Assembly (NCBI GenBank): GCA_030295235.1
Contig: AP026148.1
Coordinates: 186,001-250,000 of the forward strand
Reading direction: 5' to 3'
Length of the DNA stretch: 64,000 bases
Source of the DNA: Fistulifera solaris
Taxonomy: Eukaryota
A program made the translations under genes and the position numbers. Below are positions 49,544 to 61,578 of this stretch, piece after piece; position 1 is the first letter of the stretch, and each line of letters starts with the position of its first letter. A model generated the notes under the pieces. That model saw only the letters and a list, made by a program, of their open reading frames with translations, made no database searches and was not told the DNA's origin.

Positions 49544-50405
49544 TTAGATCATGTGGCATTCGGAACGATGGTTAAAGCAGTGATTCGCCTCGCCAGCATA
49601 TTCCATCAATAGCTGAACGCAGCCAGAGAATTGATAATTCTCCAAGTTCTCTCTCAAGTGTGCTTTCAGCCGGAGATACGGATCACGAACGATCTTCATA
49701 CAAGTCTCCATTGTATACAAGACAGTCAGAACTTGGAATTGATCGTCACCTTGCAGCAAGGCTTTTTGCATGTCAATCTTGTCTTTGACTTGAACTCCGA
49801 CGTACTTGGGTAGGCTTCCACTATGAAGATGTAGGTCAAACACCCTCCAATGGATGGCATCTCCGAGTCGTCGTCGTCGTTATCGTCCTGCGTCGATTGA
49901 TGAGACAGTCCGTCTTTGTCATCCGTGCAGTAGGAAGCAACTCAATTTGCCCAATGCAGTACGCTTTGACAATAGCGTAACACGTCCATAATGTACTGAT
50001 GCTCGAGATCGACTCGATGTGCCAGAAATGTCTCGCGCAAGTAAATGATGGTGGTCAAGCTTTTAAGAATCGCCGGAGGGGCCATCATGAAATGCTTCGA
50101 CGGCGCGGTCGCTTTTCGATTTCCACATTCTCATATTTGGAGCCATAATACGATCCACTCCTTTTTGATAATCGTCGATGGAAGAGATAGACTCGATCCC
50201 ATCTCGTGTGTCATCCAATGGAGAAAACGCCAGGCCGCTTTTTTTGTATAGTTTGATGTATCCCCCACTTTCAAGAAACAAATCATCATCTAGTTTGTCG
50301 GTGATGCCGAAAACTTGCTATTCATCCCCTGCAACAAGGACTACTGCTGTTGCTTGCCTCGAGAGGGGAAGAAGGAGTTTGCGGGACCGGTAGCTGGTTC
50401 TTCAT
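49544..50405 (-). pseudogene. Fragmented hypothetical ORF (pseudogene or error-ridden gene)
   Basis: Successive short minus-strand ORFs (50322-50573, 50063-50281, 49544-49843) read as protein-like pieces in different frames. No family recognised. Confidence 0.3.
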
Positions 50406-50887
50406 TTTGCCTTTCTGGTAGCCTTTGTTCTTGGGCATTTTTGAATTGTCAAAAGATATGTTTAGATGTACACACAAAGAAAGAATACTCGAAACGTGAA
50501 GGACTGCGAGAAAAGAGATCAACAAATGCGTCTTCGAGAATAATGAAACAGGCGGAATCAATAGGTCGATCACAGAATCATTTCTTTCGTTATTATTATA
50601 CTACGTGGCAGGAGACGCTTGCTCGACAAGGAGAAAACATAATCATACAGTCGGAACGGTTCATGTCACCGCCGGGCCGCGATGCCAATCTCCGATACAT
50701 CGTACACCGTCGAGTGAACAAATAAGTGTATTGTAGTAGAATTGCTTGAATTACAGACCATAGTAGTAGCCAAAGGCCAATTTATTTTTCATTCGATTGA
50801 TCACACTTTGTCGTCACGGCGGGAAATATAAGGCTGCGATGCGGGACCGCGAGATGTTCTCGCGGATCACTGTAGGTTTTGTGTTTA

Positions 50888-50914
50888 CCAGGACTGGATT
50901 TTTCGGTCATGAAT
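50888..50914. promoter_or_regulatory. Recurrent intergenic motif, copy 3 (CCAGGACTGGATTTTTCGGTCATGAAT)
   Basis: Exact 13-nt and 9-nt blocks shared with 26982-27006; about 140-160 bp upstream of the DUF1350 ATG. Confidence 0.45.
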
Positions 50915-51048
50915 CCGGAGCGCCTCAAAAAAATTGAAAACCTTTAATTATTATCGCATGATACGCTAAAAAAGCCATTGGCAATAAATACACTTTCCGT
51001 CAAGAAATACTATTTGCATTGTGCATTCACTGCTCTCTGACAGCCAAG

Positions 51049-52405
51049 ATGACGATGATGATGATGACATGGATTGTGATATCGTTTCTTGCTCACTGTC
51101 ATGGATGGATCACATCGACGACACATCGCCCAACATTAACGTATCAGCTCGCTCGTCGCGACGCTGCCTTCAATGCAGCAAAACGATCGTCGACGAGTTC
51201 TGGTGCTTATTGGGAAGAAGAAGAAGAAGAAGATGATGATGATGATGATTATGAGGATTATGATGAAGAAAGAGACGCGTGGCAAGACGAAACGGAACCG
51301 GTGTTGCAACGCGACATTTTAGAATGGGAAAATTTTGAAACCGACGAAGGCACTGCGCAACTCTTGCTGCCGCCGCCTTTGGTTGCGTTACCTACCACAG
51401 TCATTCATTTCACCGGCGGTACGTTTTTTCGGCAGTGCACCCGCTCTGTGGTACCGGCGACTGTTGGAGGATATGGTCCGAAACACGCAGTGTGCCGTGG
51501 TGGCTACACCGATCCCCGTCACGTTGTTGCAATCGCCCCTTGAACACGTCTCGTTGGCCAAACGCGTACATAGACAATTTCAACTGGCTTGGAGAGATGT
51601 TTTATTGGATGAATATGGATCCGATATTGCACAGGTACCGGTCTGTGCTATGGGGCATTCTTTAGGGGCGAGATTGATGATCGTTTTGGAAACCTTGCAA
51701 CGACCTCCACCGAAATGGGCTCCGCCTAAATACAAAGCAATGGTATTGCTAAGCTTTACGAACTATGGTGCATCTGCGGGTATTCCTGGGATTAATCAAT
51801 TGCGCAAATCCAGTAAAAAGATTGAACAAGAACAACAATCAACTCAATCTTCTTCTCGGCAGTCGAATCGAAACTCAAGTCGTAGAAAATACGACTACTA
51901 TGAAGACGAGGACGACTATGAAGAAGACGAGGACGAGGAATGGGGAGAAATTTTACAAGAATTCAAAGACAATGTAGCGCAACAGACCCTGAAAGTTCGA
52001 CAAGCTCTTACTCCGGCTCTTCGCGATCTCGAGTTTTATCCATCACCGACACAACTCTGGGAGGCTTTAGCATCGCCAGGTCGTTATACGATACCCCAAA
52101 CACTACTTGTGCAATTTGATCAAGATGTCATCGATCAAAGTGCGAAATTGACGGCAGCCATTCAAAATTGTACTGATATCAAGTTTGCTAGACTTCGGGG
52201 AACGCATCTCACTCCGGTTTCATCGCAAGGCGATCCGTCCCGAGAAAGTGGCCTACTAGATGTGTTGAATTCCCGAGCTACCAAGACGATTGGAAAATTG
52301 CTCCGCGGGAGACGCAACGATCAAGACAATGAAGTTGCCTTTCTTGAGTTGCGGCAAAGCCTAGTTCGATACGTGACCGAAGTAGTCACGAAAGAACTTT
52401 CGTGA
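51049..52405 (+). CDS. DUF1350-like alpha/beta hydrolase, probably plastid-targeted
   Basis: 'VIHFTGGTFFG.AP..WY..LLE', nucleophile elbow 'GHSLG', 'EFYPSP', 'LLVQF..D.IDQ', 'GTHLTP'. Frameshift at a T-run near 51428. Confidence 0.8.
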
Positions 52406-52585
52406 GTCGTCGTCCAGTCGTCTCACATGCGTCACATTCCTTAGGCCGTTGACCGCATCGCATCATGCTCAAAACGAAATAAGGTCGAACACGACCAATC
52501 CATCACCGTCCATTTCCGTTCAGTCATTCGCCGAGACATTCTTTATTGCTGCTATTATCTTTCGTTAGAACAAAAAACACGCTTT

Positions 52586-53452
52586 ATGTGGTTTCAAAGG
52601 ACTCTTTATTGTGAAGTGCGGACACTCACCGCAGCGTCTCTCGCTTTGCCTGTTGCGTGGTCATTTGTAGACAGCCTCCCAAGTACGGCAGCTTGCGACG
52701 AAGAAACGATGCAAAAACGACGCGAAACGTTATTGAAAGCCAACGCCCGATCCATTCAACGACTCAATACGGTCGGGGAGTTGGCGAAAATCCGAAAGAA
52801 TCAAGAGGAAATGTTGCGACGGTGGGAATTGGATGAAGATGGCTGGCGAGAGCTGCCCGCTCGTGCATGGCCGGAATATCAGCCTCCGCCCGATCATTTA
52901 CCAGTGATTCGAGAGAAAATGGTAAAAGAAGGCTGCAACAAGAAACGAAAGTCTACGACAGACGCTTGTAAGTCGCTACTGTTTCAAGAGGCTACTTCTT
53001 TGGTGTTTTATACCGTCGACCCACCAGCCGGCTTTCAACAGTATCAGGAGATGGCTTTTGCTGATCATGTGGACTCTATGGTTGCTTGCGGCATTATTTT
53101 AATAGAAGGACTTGGTGGAATAACGCATCGAGAAGCGGAGGGTGTCCGGTGGCTGCAAAAGGCAATAAACCTGGGATCGACACAAGCATTGTATGAGCTT
53201 GGTATTGTCTATTTTACCGGCATTGATGGTGTCGTGGAAGAAGATTCTCGTACAGCCTTTCAATGTTTTGAAGAAGCGGCGAGTCGAGGTCATGTGGGAG
53301 CTCTGTACATGACAGCCGATTGCTTAATGGAAGGTGAAGGGACCGAGAAAAATGTTGCTCGAGCGATTCCGATGCTCTATCAAGCCGCCGATCAAGGTCA
53401 TCGATATGCTCGGCAGCGCGTTCGCGAATTATTGAAAGCATATCCGCTTTGA
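52586..53452 (+). CDS. Sel1-like repeat protein
   Basis: Repeats of 'A.Y.LG..Y..G.GV..D...A...F..AA..GH..A'. Confidence 0.85.
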   Translation: MWFQRTLYCEVRTLTAASLALPVAWSFVDSLPSTAACDEETMQKRRETLLKANARSIQRLNTVGELAKIRKNQEEMLRRWELDEDGWRELPARAWPEYQPPPDHLPVIREKMVKEGCNKKRKSTTDACKSLLFQEATSLVFYTVDPPAGFQQYQEMAFADHVDSMVACGIILIEGLGGITHREAEGVRWLQKAINLGSTQALYELGIVYFTGIDGVVEEDSRTAFQCFEEAASRGHVGALYMTADCLMEGEGTEKNVARAIPMLYQAADQGHRYARQRVRELLKAYPL

Positions 53453-53751
53453 CGGAATGCGTGTTTTTGTGGTAACGGAGTTGAGCAGCACGGGCGAGTA
53501 CCATTTGAGATTGTGAGTTTTCAGGGAAACGTTGCGTTTTTTGATCACGGAAAAAACTTTTTCTTGACATTTGATTCGAAAATTTAGTGGGGCGTACCGT
53601 TCTTTTAAAAAACTCTTGTCTGTTTCAATCAACCGGATCGTGTCGTTGTTATCGTTACCGGTCGTTTTCCGTCTGCACCCCTGCTTGAAATATATGCTGA
53701 TGTCTGGCTCAATGTCATACATTTCCTTTCCTTCGGCAATTTACATTCGAG

Positions 53752-54686
53752 ATGGAAGCAATCGCAGGAATTGTTACAGGGTCAACTTCGTACGGTGGAT
53801 TTTTGGATTCTTTTACGATACTGGATGCTTTGCGTAACAAGAAAGGTATCATGAAGAACTTTCCCAAGCCAGTCTTGATAGCAGCCGCGCTTTGCGGCGC
53901 TTCTCTCGTATGCACATCGGTCAGTGATAGAGTCACACACTTTCTGTGTCAGTCAACAAAACGTTCTGAGGAGAAACAGAAGCGAAATTCTTCTAGTGAC
54001 GACAAAGCATTCGATTATCTTGACCGCAGCTTCTCGGCTTTTGAAAACTACTTTAAGATAAAGACGGTCCCAATGACGCGTCAAGGTTTGAATGGAATAT
54101 GAACTCGTTTTTCAAGAACGCTGCAATGTAAGTGACGAAGTAACGTTGATATTCGTTGTATGCATCAGTTGATTGTTTCTTACTAAGCTGTTTCGACCTT
54201 GAAAAGATGCGCCGGTGGGATGTTTGCCTTCCGTTGCTTTGGTCCTTTTCAAGTAATATTCGCTGCCAATTTGACTCGGGCCGGTCCGTATGCTGAAGTG
54301 GGTTTGCCCGCAACAGAAAAATATGCGACATCGACCCAGAAGAAGTTGATCCAGGAGATGGGAAAGAAAGATGGTTGCCACACATGCGGAATTGGTTCTC
54401 CGTTTAAACCGTTTCGCAACGTGCCCGCGGAAAAAAGAAATTTTTTTGCGGATCATATCCCACCTAAAAGTGTTGTGAAGCAATTGAAAAAGTCAGGGAT
54501 AAGCGTGACGCAGCAGTTTTTTCCGCATTGTCAAGCATGTTCAAGCAAGCAGAGAGTCCTATTCCGTCATTATCTTTCAGATCCAGCGAAGACTACTGTT
54601 AGTCACTCCTTTTTTCACGCCCACAATATTACCTAGCTGGAGGGCTGTTTGCCGGAGCCAAGATGCTTCTCGCGCCCATAGACTAA
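53752..54686 (+). CDS. Protein with an HNH-like zinc-finger nuclease motif (GCHTCG...DHIPP...PHCxxCS); exon structure uncertain
   Basis: ORF 54199-54636 has CxxC, DH and CxxC. Upstream ORF 53752-54102 and a probable intron 54128-54187; frameshift near 54615 into 'YLAGGLFAG'. Confidence 0.6.
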
Positions 54687-54949
54687 CAGTGCAGCTATAT
54701 AACGTGACTAAAAACTATGATGAACAAGCTGCGGTTTGATTCCGTTCCAAATTTATTCACGAACCGTCGTTACATACCCTGACTCGTGACAAATAAGTGA
54801 CCAGTCGCGTTATTACTGGTACTCCGTATTGTATAATACCTACGCATTCAATTCATCCACGTCGAACGCAACAAGGTAACGATAAATTATACTCTATTTA
54901 TAATCTCTTCTTTTTATTTTCGTGGAGAAAAGGAGCAATTGTGAACAAA

Positions 54950-55924
54950 ATGATGCGCAGAAGTCTTCAGAGTCTGACCGCTCTCTGTATAACAACATGT
55001 CATCTGCTGGGAATTTATTCGTTTGTTCATCCGACCCCACAACACCGTCCATGCGCTATTGAGAATCGACTGAGAACATCCGTCAACCAACAAACAACAG
55101 ATATAATAGAGAATGTGAATCATCGACTCACAGCAGCAACGTTCCGTACTCCCCCGATGCATGTTTATATTGAATATACCGACGCCTTTGGCGTCGTCTA
55201 CAATGGCAACTATCTCAAATTCTTTGATCGAGCCCTACATAGGACCGACCAGCTACGACTTGATGGCTGGTCAATTGTCCGTGTCGGCGAGCAAAAGTTC
55301 AAACAATCACCGACACTCGGAGGAACGTTCGTGATAGAAGGTGTACGGAAAGAAGTTCACGACGCGTATGAAATTTGGGACATGGACATGAAGAGTTTTG
55401 ACAATTCAATAGTGTTCAACTCCGTGACCGACGTCCGTATCGCTAAGGCTGTCAAAGGAGATATTGCGCTACCGACCGATCCGCCTTTTGATATTCCAAA
55501 AGATGGAGTCCTTGCAACCGACCAGTTTTACGCTTATCGTGATGAGTTCGAGCCGCATCTCCAGGGCGCAATGCCCTTACGGAATGTCTTGAACTTATTT
55601 GAACGAAGTCGGTCGAATTACTTGGGTGGTCCGGATGTGTTACGAGAAATGCAAACCAAAGAAGGTATTATCTTTGTTGTGACGAATATCGAAGATGCGT
55701 GTCTGATCGACGACGGAACTACGTGTTGTGCTGGAGATGAAGTGGTAGTAGAGACAGCGTTTGTGGCGAAGCGTAAAGGCATGGTGCTGGATTGTTTGCA
55801 AACATTAAAGCACGGAACGGCCCGATTGGCACAAGCCAAAGTTCGCGTCATGGTTTTGAATGCGAGTACGATGCGACCAACTAACCAATTACCGGAATCG
55901 CTGAAAAGGACACTGAACCTTTAA
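54950..55924 (+). CDS. Double hotdog-fold acyl-thioesterase (4HBT-like)
   Basis: 'VYIEYTDAFGVVYNGNYLKFFDRA' 4HBT motif; second hotdog 'LNLFERSRSNYLGG'. N-terminal signal peptide. Confidence 0.8.
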   Translation: MMRRSLQSLTALCITTCHLLGIYSFVHPTPQHRPCAIENRLRTSVNQQTTDIIENVNHRLTAATFRTPPMHVYIEYTDAFGVVYNGNYLKFFDRALHRTDQLRLDGWSIVRVGEQKFKQSPTLGGTFVIEGVRKEVHDAYEIWDMDMKSFDNSIVFNSVTDVRIAKAVKGDIALPTDPPFDIPKDGVLATDQFYAYRDEFEPHLQGAMPLRNVLNLFERSRSNYLGGPDVLREMQTKEGIIFVVTNIEDACLIDDGTTCCAGDEVVVETAFVAKRKGMVLDCLQTLKHGTARLAQAKVRVMVLNASTMRPTNQLPESLKRTLNL

Positions 55925-56010
55925 CTTGAATCGCTACAAAATCCATGAATACTATTGCGTCAAACAATAGCGCCTCGCAGTGTCGTGATCACATTTCATC
56001 GTTGAAAATT

Positions 56011-56634
56011 CTACTTCTTTACATCAATGTTTGCGAATGACTCCTCTGGTGACTGGGTGTCGAGTATGTACTCGAGATCACCGAAGAACAACTGAGGAGT
56101 CGATGGAATAGCCACGGTGTCTTTCTGTCCCCAAAATCCTGTCCGCTTGAGAATTTCTACATCACTTTTGATTTGAATTTGACAAGCGAGCCGCAATTTG
56201 GTATTGTTGTGAAAATTGTGGGGCGGAATCGCAAACCGCAACTGCTCTTTCGTATTTCGTTCCGACGGTAAGACTTGACCTTGGATAATTTCTACAGCAC
56301 AGGTTCCACAAGTCCCCAAACCTCGACAATTGATCAGATTGGCTCGTCCATTGTGCGGGCTGGCCTGGTGATTCCGCAATGTGGCCGTCCGCAATATTTC
56401 GCCGTCATATGCCTCGAACGTTATTTTCTGTGTCGTGTTTTCTGAAGATGATGGTTCCTCCGTGAGCCATGTAACAGTATGCGTCGTGACTGAATCTATT
56501 TCTTTCTTTGATGGGAGTGCTGCGAAACACGGCGTCGTGGGATGGAGTAGTGTAGGACGTATTACGAAAGATGACGATGATTTCCACAGCCCAACGTGTA
56601 ACCCTGCCGATAAGAGCCTCTTAAATACAAGCAT
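56011..56634 (-). CDS. 2Fe-2S ferredoxin-like protein
   Basis: 'NCRGLGTCGTCAV' and 'RLACQ'. Confidence 0.9.
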   Translation of the reverse strand: MLVFKRLLSAGLHVGLWKSSSSFVIRPTLLHPTTPCFAALPSKKEIDSVTTHTVTWLTEEPSSSENTTQKITFEAYDGEILRTATLRNHQASPHNGRANLINCRGLGTCGTCAVEIIQGQVLPSERNTKEQLRFAIPPHNFHNNTKLRLACQIQIKSDVEILKRTGFWGQKDTVAIPSTPQLFFGDLEYILDTQSPEESFANIDVKK

Positions 56635-57471
56635 TATTGTTGTCGATGTTGTAGTATTGCCTCATTCATCTTCTCCTATTGATATACTTTTTATGTTGTG
56701 CCGACGAGACGCTGATGTGTTTTTCTGTTTTTCGATGAGAAAAAACAGCTCGTGACTAATTCGCTTCAGTCTTGGCACTTTTGCCAGAAAGTACAGTTCA
56801 TCCCACAGCGAACAAGCCCAGATCATGTTCGACATGGAAATGATCGAGCTGTTACTAAACGTCACTTTTAGCAGCCTTCATAGCAATGGATTCATTTACA
56901 TAGTAGTAACTAGCGCAAAGAAGACAAGAACGAGCATCTGGGAGTTTTGTCTCACGACTGTAGTCTCAATTATACTGAACACTAGTTTTGGCCATTTTGC
57001 AGCCTATGCACTTGCAACCAGCGACCTAGCCGGAATAGCTTCGAGCTGCCTTGATAGCTAGGCATTCACTTAGCTTTTGATTGCGGTTTTGGTGGGAGGT
57101 GTTTTGTGAATAAAAATGCATGACGTTTTCGATGCCGGGTGACCGTGGGAGAACAAGATCCATTTCAATGCAGCTCGGAAGGAAGTTTTGGATTACACTG
57201 TATAATGCTGTACAAGCCAGTACCGCATTTCGAAAGTGTTCATCGCGACATGAAACGTGCGACAGACGAGGATCAGTCACTGTGAAGAAAAGAGTGAGAA
57301 TTCGGAAGGGTTCGTCGTTCTCGCAAAAGGTTGCATGCGGCATTATCGACCGCTGACCTCGAATGCAGAAAACCAACAACTCACCACTCATTTCGGGTCA
57401 TCCCTCTCATGTCATAAAATTGACAGGATCATCCATTTTGTCTTGAACTATCATTTAAATCGAATAACAAG

Positions 57472-58916
57472 ATGACACTAACCGTCGTGGTAGGATCATC
57501 GGGATCCGGAAAGACTACCTTCTTGAACGATGTGCACAAATCACACAAATGCATTTACATTCGTCAGTATCACAACATTCGACCGTACGTTACGGTCAGT
57601 AAGATCCCAAACTTCGATCCGACCCGTCTTCCGTACTGGGATATTTATGAACGCGAAGGAACAGCTTCATCGATCAAGGTCGGAGGAACCATGGCGGGTG
57701 AATTCACGGCCGGTCTTTCGGGAGGTCAACGCAAGTTGTTGTTGTTTGAATTGGTCGCCCAGCGCATCGCTTCGCAAAACAATCTGTTGATTGTTCTCGA
57801 TGAACCCTTGCCGGAGTCACCGACGACTTTGTACCTTTCATTGTTAAGCGTTTGAATGAAATGAGAGAGAACCACGAAATTCTCTTGGTCACCAACGATC
57901 ACGTCGACACACTCAAGGAAATGGCCGATAACACCATCACTGTCAGTGCGATTGACCGCACGAAAGTTCAAGTCAACAAGATTGAAGGTGTTAGTCGCGA
58001 AAAAGCCATTCTCGCCTTGGCGATTGGTGACGCCTACGACTACAAAGGCTCGTGGGCGGATCTGCGCTTCTTTCTCCAAGTCGAAGTCTTGGGGAATGGT
58101 GCGCTCATTGGTGTCGCCATTTTCACCATCTTTGCCTTTACGTTGTTTCTCGCGACATTTTGGGATTCCAGTGAAGAAAGTGCGGCACTCGTTCTAGTGG
58201 CGGGTGGTATCATTGCGTTCTTTTGCCTCAATCCCTACTTGTTGTCGTTGGCCGACTGGCGAAATTTTATGGGGGAAGAAGCCGAGGCTTTGTTGCACGC
58301 GTCCAAGGACATGAACAATTTTCTCAAGACATGTTTGACATTATTTTTGATTCTCATTGTTTCGGTGGTGCAGTTCGGTATTACCAATGCGGTGACTTCG
58401 GGACTCGAGAGTGTTTCATTCTGGGTGGCCATGTTGATGGATAGTTCCAGTTTGACCTTTCCCTTCATCTGCTTTGGTCTTTACACCAAATTACCGTTCC
58501 AAGCCGTACAGATTCTTTCCAGCTTGCCTTTCTTGTTCATGATTTTTTTTTCGACGACATTTTCGCCGGGTTCGGGTGTCGCAGGTTTGAAGGAACTTCG
58601 CTATCTGTTTGCCCGATTTTACTTTTGGTGCATGATTCCCGGTATTCGCGATCAGATGGAGAACTGTCCCGCGGATGATGGAAAAAACATGTTGTACATG
58701 ATCTTGTCGGCGTTGATTGGTGTGGTTTTGTTCTTGGTGGTCATGGCGGTCAGTGCGTTCATGCGCTCGCACAAGACCAAAAAGGAAAGCTCCAAAAAGA
58801 ATGCGCTGAAGGATGACGAATTCCGTGATCTACAGCTCGAATTGTATGGAGAAAAGGCGATGGATATTCAGAGCACCAATCATTCCACCAATTCCAAGAA
58901 GAAAGAAAGCGCCTAA
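57472..58916 (+). CDS. Compact ABCG-like half transporter (NBD-TMD)
   Basis: Walker A GSSGSGKT, signature LSGGQ, Walker B IVLDEP, then about six TM helices. Frameshift near 57808. Confidence 0.8.
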
Positions 58917-59060
58917 AGCGATTCAGGAATGTCGTGCCATTCATATTAATTCATTCTTAGATGTTAGTATGTGTTGGTGTCAAGTCTCATTTATAAATGT
59001 CTTTATTTGATGCAAAGCGCCAGTATTTGCAAATAGATTACTTGATAAGTTTTTCTAAAT

Positions 59061-61125
59061 TTACAAAGCAGCGGCGCGAATGCTGCCATAGCCTGTCGGT
59101 CGAGTGTAACCACCCCGTCCATGTTTACCAGCGTTTACGATTACCCCGATCGAAGCTTGGTCGTGGGCGATAGTCTCATCAATTGTCGTGTGACAACCAT
59201 ACGGATCCTTGTTGCGAAGCTTACGACCTTTCTTGCCCCACTTTTTCGTCGTAGGCCGTTTGCTTTTATTCGCAGACGGCTTCGAACCACCGTCGACAGA
59301 TCCTTCGAGTAACTCAAGAATGTCATCATCAAAATCGTTTTCAAGCTCATTGCCTTCTTCCTGATCGGGCTCTTCAGCTTCTTTTTTCTTCTTGTCGACG
59401 TTGTTGTTTCTCCAACTTCAAACGCAGTTTTGCTGTGTTGGCCAAAGCCGTGTCAATCGTTTCGCGATAGAACGCCAACAAGTCACTGCCACGTACTTCA
59501 GGAGGTGCATGACAAAACAAGAGTTTACCAGATGCATAGTCCTGTATCACATACCGAGCGGCTCGGGCATAGTCCGGGATTCCGCTAGCCGCTGCCAGCA
59601 TTCCTCGTGCAATGCAAAATGTACCCAAAAATTCGTCTGGCTTCGGTGGCGGTAGCTTCGTCCACCCATTCTCGGCCATTTCTTGCGCCGTAGGTTTGGG
59701 AAGATTGATTCCGTAATGCGCGTTAATAATTTCTCGAGGAATGCGCTCACATATTAAGCGAGTAACCGGCCAGTGATCACGCATTTGGGCAATCGGGTAC
59801 ACACCAGCAGCAATCAAATCGGCCGTGTTCGATACAAACGAAGGGAAAACTAAACCAGGACAATCGCATAGCATCATTTTATCCTCCATTCCTGTGTCGG
59901 CAGGTAGGTAAAGAGTCTGAAAATGTTTCGTTTTGCCGGGTTGACTGGCTACGCCTACACGAACCACTCCATGAGTGTGTCGACTGCTTCCGACGAGCAC
60001 ATTGATGACACTACTTTTTCCAACATTCGGAAAACCAACCATACCGAACTGAAAGCGGTCTCCGTATCGCTCATCGCGCTCGCATCCGTGTTTCTCCGCA
60101 AAAGCCAGCATGGTTTCAAGTAATTGTTCGCGTGTGAGAGGGACATCGATGCCAATACCATCTTCCGATTCTTTTTTGGGGATAACTTCGTCATCGCTTT
60201 CACTCTCGCTGTCACTTCCTTCCTCTGATTCCTCACCCATGCCCAAAGGATCATCTTCTTTTTCTTCCTTGCGTGGATCTACACCTCGTTCTTCTCTTCG
60301 TCGGCGCTGCGCTTCGGCGTCTAATTTCTGTTGTTCCTTGACAGCCGAAAAGAAAATTGGTTCCCAATTTCGCTCTACAAGGTAATCATACCACATTTGT
60401 CTCTGATCGCGACTCAAATAATCGCTCTTATTCATAAGTACCATCATGGGCTTCCCCAAGGATGCAGCATACTCTTTGAGATCGTCCGACAGATAAAAGA
60501 GAGGATTGCGGGCATCGACGAGCTGCAAAAGACAACTCGAACGCTCCAACACACGCCACAATTGCCTCCAGACTTCTAAATTCTTTTCAAAAGGCGTAAC
60601 CGAAGTCGATGATTCGGTCCTCGCGATTTCTTCCTCGCGTACCGCAATCGCGCGTCGCCACTCCAAAAAGGCCTTTTCCTCCTGACGGTGCAATTCCTCG
60701 GGCGTCGTAGATTCATCCCAGGCCGGGCGTCGGGGAACCGACAATTCTTGAAACACAAAGCTCGGTCTTTCATCGTCTTCCCATTGTACTTTGGATGGAC
60801 GAAAGGCGTGTCCGGTGGGATCGAGAACAACTACGCCTTCTTTTTCGGAAGTAAATTCTCGATGTGCCAAATCGGCTTGCAACAAAAAGTCGTCCAGATT
60901 ACTCATTTCCAGCACCGATCTCGTCTTGAGTTCTGGTTCTTCTTCAATGCCCACGGAAGTGACACCCGCTTGCATGGCCATGCCTCCTTCTCCGCGTCGA
61001 TTCTTCCCGTTTTCACGAGGACGGTATCGTTGACCTTGCGCTTTCTGCAACGCTTTGCCCATGCCTGATTCACGATCGAGTCGACCCGGTTTTCCTTTGC
61101 GACTGGTTCCTTTGTTTCGCGGCAT
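59061..61125 (-). CDS. LSG1: Large subunit GTPase 1 (circularly permuted GTPase, 60S export)
   Basis: 'PFEKNLEVWRQLWRVLERS', 'VDARNP', NKSD, GFPNVGKSS, 'PGKTKHFQT', 'DCPGLVFP'. C-terminal frameshifts. Confidence 0.93.
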
Positions 61126-61578
61126 ATTGTTTGAAATGGTTTTTAATGCTTATTGCTGTTTGATTCGTTGCGTAGTAAGGAAAGAATGGCAAGGAAAGGC
61201 TCGTTTTCTTTCATGTTTCTTTACGGGGGATTTCATTCTTTGGTTGGATGCCATCGTGACGGACGACGGATAGGTTTTCACAGCGCGCAATGTGCGTGCG
61301 CGGTGCGCGGAGCAACATTCGTTTGGGCAGAACGACCAGTAACCTTATTGTACAGAAAACGCACCATAAAGCGAATGAAATCTACAAGAATGCCAAGTAA
61401 AAAAGTACGGTACACATTCCGTATAATTGGTTAGCTCAGGAGACAAGAGATATGAATGCTGAATCTATTTTGTTAGAATTAAGTCTTAGATAACTATCCG
61501 ACAAGGATGCTTTCCTTCTCTACTTTGTAGCAAAGTCGAAAGGCGTCGCGAGTGTTTCGCTCTCTCATATTTCAGTTT

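Noticed and set aside
48836..49612. Short overlapping ORFs on both strands
   Set aside because: No recognisable motifs or consistent gene structure; probably intergenic.
51213..51270. GAA/GAT trinucleotide runs
   Set aside because: They encode an acidic low-complexity linker in the DUF1350-like protein.
54376..54390. CHTC read as a c-type heme attachment site
   Set aside because: Heme c needs CxxCH. Here it is CxxCG, paired with a second CxxC, which fits zinc binding.
300..61125. Numerous frameshifts in conserved genes (myosins, AGO, nucleolin, PRP38, LSG1, ABC, DUF1350) suggesting pseudogenes or programmed frameshifting
   Set aside because: They are mostly single-base indels at short homopolymers and hit essential housekeeping genes too, with otherwise intact motifs. 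This pattern is typical of an unpolished assembly.
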